This document shows positions 60,310-64,000 of a DNA stretch of 64,000 bases, one piece after another (the stretch's first letter is position 1; each line of letters opens with the position of its first letter). The notes below the pieces were generated by a model. The model saw only the letters and a list, made by a program, of their open reading frames with translations. It did not search any database and was not told the origin of the DNA. The translations under genes were made by a program, and so were the position numbers. Origin of the DNA: an uncultured Acidobacteriota bacterium (lineage in GTDB: Bacteria > Acidobacteriota > JAQAZP01); contig CAWIIB010000001.1 of the NCBI GenBank assembly GCA_963836075.1, forward strand, positions 1,120,001-1,184,000, written 5' to 3'.

Positions 60310-61071
60310 ATGAGAGTTAAAAAGCTGAAATTCCCCGGGAGTCTCGATAATCTCCGGCTGGGCGCCCAGCTGGATCTTCCCCGAGAGGGTGCGCCCCGGG
60401 CCTACGCACTCTTTGCCCACTGCTTCACCTGCACCAAAGACCTCAAGGCGGTCTACCACATCGACCAGGCCCTCACCGGTGAGGGGATCGCCGTATTCCG
60501 TTTTGACTTCACCGGCCTCGGGGAGAGCGAGGGTGATTTCTCGGCCACCACCTTCTCGTCCAACGTGGGCGATCTGGTGGCCGCAGCCCGGTATATGGAG
60601 GAAACCCTGGAAGCCCCCCGGGTGCTCATCGGGCATTCGCTGGGCGGGGCCGCCGTGCTCAAGGCCGCCCTGGAGGTCCCCTCCTGCCGTGCGGTGGCCA
60701 CCATCGCCGCGCCGGCCGAACCGGGGCAGGTCAGCCGGCGGCTGGTCACCGCCCGGGAGGAGGCGGACCGCACCGGTGAAGCCGCGATCACGCTGGGGGG
60801 AAGGACCTTCCGTATCCGCAAGGAGTTCTTCGACGACCTGGAGGAGAGCCGGATGGAGCAGACACTCCGCGAGCTGGACCGGGCGCTGCTGGTCTTCCAC
60901 TCGCCGCTGGACGACGTGGTGGGGATCGACAGTGCGGCGAAGATCTTCACCATGGCCCGGCACCCCAAGAGTTTCATCTCCCTTGACCGGGCAGACCACC
61001 TGCTGACCGACGAAGCGGATGCCAGGTATGTGGGGGCCATGGTGGCCACCTGGGCCGGAAAATATATCTGA
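60310..61071 (+). CDS. Alpha/beta hydrolase (similar to the N-terminal domain of OsmC fusions)
   Basis: ALFAHCFTC, RFDFTGLG, GHSLGG, HSPLD, HPKSFISLDRADH. Confidence 0.9.
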   Translation: MRVKKLKFPGSLDNLRLGAQLDLPREGAPRAYALFAHCFTCTKDLKAVYHIDQALTGEGIAVFRFDFTGLGESEGDFSATTFSSNVGDLVAAARYMEETLEAPRVLIGHSLGGAAVLKAALEVPSCRAVATIAAPAEPGQVSRRLVTAREEADRTGEAAITLGGRTFRIRKEFFDDLEESRMEQTLRELDRALLVFHSPLDDVVGIDSAAKIFTMARHPKSFISLDRADHLLTDEADARYVGAMVATWAGKYI

Positions 61072-61107
61072 AGCCGCCGCTGGATCCAACACCAAAATAA
61101 TGGCTGA

Positions 61108-61467
61108 ACTGACAAGGTCAAGGGGCGGCTGATGGGTACCGCCACGCCGGCGGTGGAGACCGACGGTTCGGGTCAACTGGGCTACAGCATTTTCCAGCAG
61201 GGCGCAGGCCTGATCAACGCCTACGAGGGGATTCACGGTTCCGGCTTCTTCACCGCCAACGAGGGCCTGGACGTCAGCCTCGACCTGGACGGCGTGCAGC
61301 ACTACGGCGGCCTGGCCAACTGCACCGAAGACGGTGTCTACTACATCATGGGGCTGGAAGGCGAGGCCTTCGAGTGGGACAGCAGCAGTTCCTGGTCCAC
61401 CGGCTACATGTGGAGCGACGGTCTCAGCGAAACCATGTCGATCAACTCCTGGGTCTGGCAGGAATAG
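61108..61467 (+). pseudogene. C-terminal remnant of an S8 (AprX-like) serine protease gene
   Basis: TDKVKGRLMGTA...YSIFQQGAGLINA...GYMWSD...MSINSWVWQE resembles post-catalytic subtilase sequence. In-frame TGA at 61105 and no catalytic domain upstream. Confidence 0.6.
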
Positions 61468-61491
61468 GGATTTCTGAAACTCGACGGCACT

Positions 61492-61518
61492 ATCGGGGGC
61501 AGTCAGACTGCCCCCGAT
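61492..61518. repeat. Perfect palindrome (REP-like)
   Basis: ATCGGGGGCAGTC-A-GACTGCCCCCGAT. Confidence 0.7.
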
Positions 61519-61604
61519 CCTTGTACTCTCGCAGGCACATAACACACCCGTCTATGCCACGGAGGGTTTCCTCCATGCGCACGCGCGGTTCGGAGCTGGA
61601 ACCG

Positions 61605-62345
61605 TCATTGCCGGAGTCGTTCTCGCAGCAGGCTGTACTTGATGAAGACGCTGTTGGCCGACTGACGGGCCATCTGCCAGCCGATGACGCCGGAGCAGAT
61701 CCAGCCGTGCAGCAGGTAGTCGCGGAGGAAGGCCGCGCCCGGGCGTAGCAACAGGTCCGGCAGTCTCGCCCGCCGGCCCCGGGCCTCGGCCTGCCCGGCC
61801 CACAGTTCGGCGTAGCGGATCTGGCGTGTAAACATGTCGTGCCAGTCACGGTAAGAGTCATGGCGCAGTCGTCCGGGCAGGCGGCCGACGCGATCGGCCT
61901 GCACTGACTCGTGAATGCTGCCGTCGCTGAACCCGGCACGGCGACGGTCGTAGAGCCGCACCTGCCACTCGCGCGCCCATGGCCAGTGATGTAGGGGTTT
62001 GCCCTGAATGAAGTTTTCACGCCACACGGCATAGGCCGGGTGCGGCAGCTCAGCGGGCAGGTTCTGCACTGCAGCAGCGAGCACCGGATCCACCCGCTCG
62101 TCGGCATCGATGTTGAGAATCAGGTCATTGCGGGCCAGTTCTGCGGCCCGGTTCTTCTGCGACCCGTAGCCGAGCCATTCCTGTTGCACCACCCGGGCAC
62201 CGGCGCGCCCGGCAGCGGCAACGGTGTCGTCATCAGAACCAGAGTCCACCACCAGCACCTCGTCGGCCCAGTGGACGGCCGCCAGTGTTTCGGCGATACG
62301 GTCGGCCTCGTTGAGCGTGATGATGGTGACGGTGACGGCTGCCAT
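61605..62345 (-). CDS. GT2 glycosyltransferase (WaaE/KdtX-like)
   Basis: IITLNEA, VVDSGSDD, QKN, IDADE, IHE. Confidence 0.9.
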   Translation of the reverse strand: MAAVTVTIITLNEADRIAETLAAVHWADEVLVVDSGSDDDTVAAAGRAGARVVQQEWLGYGSQKNRAAELARNDLILNIDADERVDPVLAAAVQNLPAELPHPAYAVWRENFIQGKPLHHWPWAREWQVRLYDRRRAGFSDGSIHESVQADRVGRLPGRLRHDSYRDWHDMFTRQIRYAELWAGQAEARGRRARLPDLLLRPGAAFLRDYLLHGWICSGVIGWQMARQSANSVFIKYSLLRERLRQ

Positions 62346-62348
62346 GAC

Positions 62349-63431
62349 TCACGCTCCCAGGGTTTTGCGGTAGCAGACGCGGTGGGCGGCCACCAGGCGG
62401 TCGATATGATACCGTTCGCGGGCAACGGCCCGGGCTCGTTTACCGGCCTGCGCACGCCACTGTGCATCGCCGACCGCACGGACCAGGCCGGCAGCCAGGG
62501 CTTCGGCATCACCGGACGGAACCACCAGGCCGGTCTTGCCGTCGTCCACCAGTTCGGGCAGGCCGCCGGCATCGCTGACCACGCAGGGCAACCCGCTCCA
62601 GAGGGCCACCTGGGCGGCCGAACCCAGACCTTCACTCAGTGAAGGCTGAACCGCAAGCTCCACGGCGTTCACCAGGTCGGGCAGATCGTTGCGGTGGCCG
62701 AGAAACGAGCATCGCGGGGGTGCATCGGCCTCGAAAGAGGCGCGGAGGCCCCCCTCACCGGCCAGCAGCAGGTGAGCCTGGGGAACGATCTCAGCCACCC
62801 GGCGCCAGGCCTCAAGCAGGACGGCATGTCCTTTCTCGGCAGTGAACGCGGCCATACAGAGCACGGCGATGGTGTCATCGGCCAGGCCGAACTCTGTGCG
62901 GATGGCGTCGCGGTCCCGGGTGGGTGCCAGGCCCCCGGGGTCCACACCGTCGGGGATCACATCAATGCGATCGGCATTCACCCCACCATCGACCAGGACC
63001 TGGCGCACAGCACGTGAAACAGCGATGAAGCGGGCCACCCGTAATCCGTATTTGCGCCGGGCCCACCAGCCGCGGCCGATGGTGAATGTGACCTTGCGGC
63101 TGACCACCACCGGCACCGCCAGGCCCAGGGTGGCGATCAATCCGGCACTATGGGTATTGGGGGTGTGGGCGTGAACCAGGTCGACATCGCGGCGGGCGGC
63201 ACGGCGGATGGCGCGAATGAGCCGCGGGTCAAGACCGCCGGAACAGTGTACCGCCAGGTGCGGCAGACCGTCCGCGGCCGCGCGCCGGTGCAGGTCACCG
63301 TCGGCACGGCAAAGCACCGTGCACCGGACATCGCTGTCGCGCAGACCTCGCGCCAGCAGAAGCAGTTGGTGCTCGCCGCCGCGCCAGCCACGCTCGGTGT
63401 TGCAGGCCAGAATGTGAATGGGCTCGCTCAT
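62349..63431 (-). CDS. GT4 glycosyltransferase
   Basis: GWRGGEHQ, HAHT, EKGH, PSLSEGLG, SDAGGLPE. Confidence 0.92.
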   Translation of the reverse strand: MSEPIHILACNTERGWRGGEHQLLLLARGLRDSDVRCTVLCRADGDLHRRAAADGLPHLAVHCSGGLDPRLIRAIRRAARRDVDLVHAHTPNTHSAGLIATLGLAVPVVVSRKVTFTIGRGWWARRKYGLRVARFIAVSRAVRQVLVDGGVNADRIDVIPDGVDPGGLAPTRDRDAIRTEFGLADDTIAVLCMAAFTAEKGHAVLLEAWRRVAEIVPQAHLLLAGEGGLRASFEADAPPRCSFLGHRNDLPDLVNAVELAVQPSLSEGLGSAAQVALWSGLPCVVSDAGGLPELVDDGKTGLVVPSGDAEALAAGLVRAVGDAQWRAQAGKRARAVARERYHIDRLVAAHRVCYRKTLGA

Positions 63432-63458
63432 GGGCCTCTGTCTCACCGTCAGCGGTGC

Positions 63459-64000
63459 TCAGTCGCTCAGGGCCGGTGAATAACAACCGGTGACTGACTC
63501 ACCGCCACCTTCGAGCCACTTGAAGCGCACCTGCTGCTCCTCGCTCACCGGCAGGCCGTCGGCGTTGAGGATCCGCAGGAGCAGGACATACGCCTCCCCT
63601 CCTTCCATCTCCTCGACGGCGGGCAGGGGCACGTCATAGTCAGTACCGCGCCGTCATGAACGGTGTTTCCTGCACCGCCGTTGGCTCACCCAGCGAAAAC
63701 CGGGTAAAACCGACGGTCTCGTCGGCCTTGATCCCGCCGTCTTGCCGGAGATCAGCACGCAGCATAAGGCCCTCGGTGTATTGAAGGTCGCTGTACAGAC
63801 GCAACATCCAGCATGGCAGCGGTGGGGCGCCGGGCGCCGGCTCGGCCCCGGTGTTGACCAACAGGTCACCGCCCTTGAGCCGGGAGCTGGAGGGCTCGAC
63901 GAAATTGTCGCCCTTCCACTGCCGGCCGGCCCTGACATGTTCCTGCTCGAGGTCACTCCGGTCCTCCGCCTTGCCGCGGGTTTCCGACAGCGCAGCCTCC
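63459..64000 (-). CDS. 3' part of hypothetical protein (enters from right edge; +1 break near 63650)
   Basis: Open frame from the window edge to FMTARY*. A +1 shift continues as RGTDYDVPLPAVEEMEGGEAYVLLLRIL...PALSD*. Confidence 0.55.

Overview
A GC-rich bacterial chromosomal window from an apparently under-polished assembly: nine genes are each broken by a single +1 base. The left half (1-31.4 kb) is a dense cluster of exported proteins. It holds an S8 subtilase, a BNR/sialidase-like propeller protein, a hexaheme c-type cytochrome, a gingipain-like C25 protease, an M1-M28-PDZ double aminopeptidase and three beta-helix paralogues (the two complete ones ending in dockerin-like tails). It also holds an orphan MshEN-PilB/GspE ATPase, a hybrid kinase and a B12-radical SAM enzyme. 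The main observation is that the S8, sialidase-like, cytochrome and C25 proteins are otherwise largely unrelated but all end in the same ~120-aa domain (signature RR.A...WRAG[WY]TN...VG.N.FTL...DVT..PYNQPP[YF].P.GD). I do not recognise this domain; it sits where a T9SS CTD would sit on a gingipain, so it may be a previously undescribed protein-sorting or surface-anchoring tag. The right half is mostly housekeeping: ABC exporter, cysC, rlmD, a Phd/RelE TA pair, gltX+tRNA-Gln+tRNA-Glu, a sulfatase-like protein and serS+two tRNA-Ser. It continues with a phosphohexomutase, a TRAP-T (TPAT) transporter, class II HMG-CoA reductase, a PD-(D/E)xK-DinG helicase, DUF362/DUF6599 and glycosyltransferases. 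Several gene scars (yjbQ 3' end, HTH remnant, S8 3' end) and REP-like palindromes are also present. All family calls come from motif recognition by eye, not database searches.
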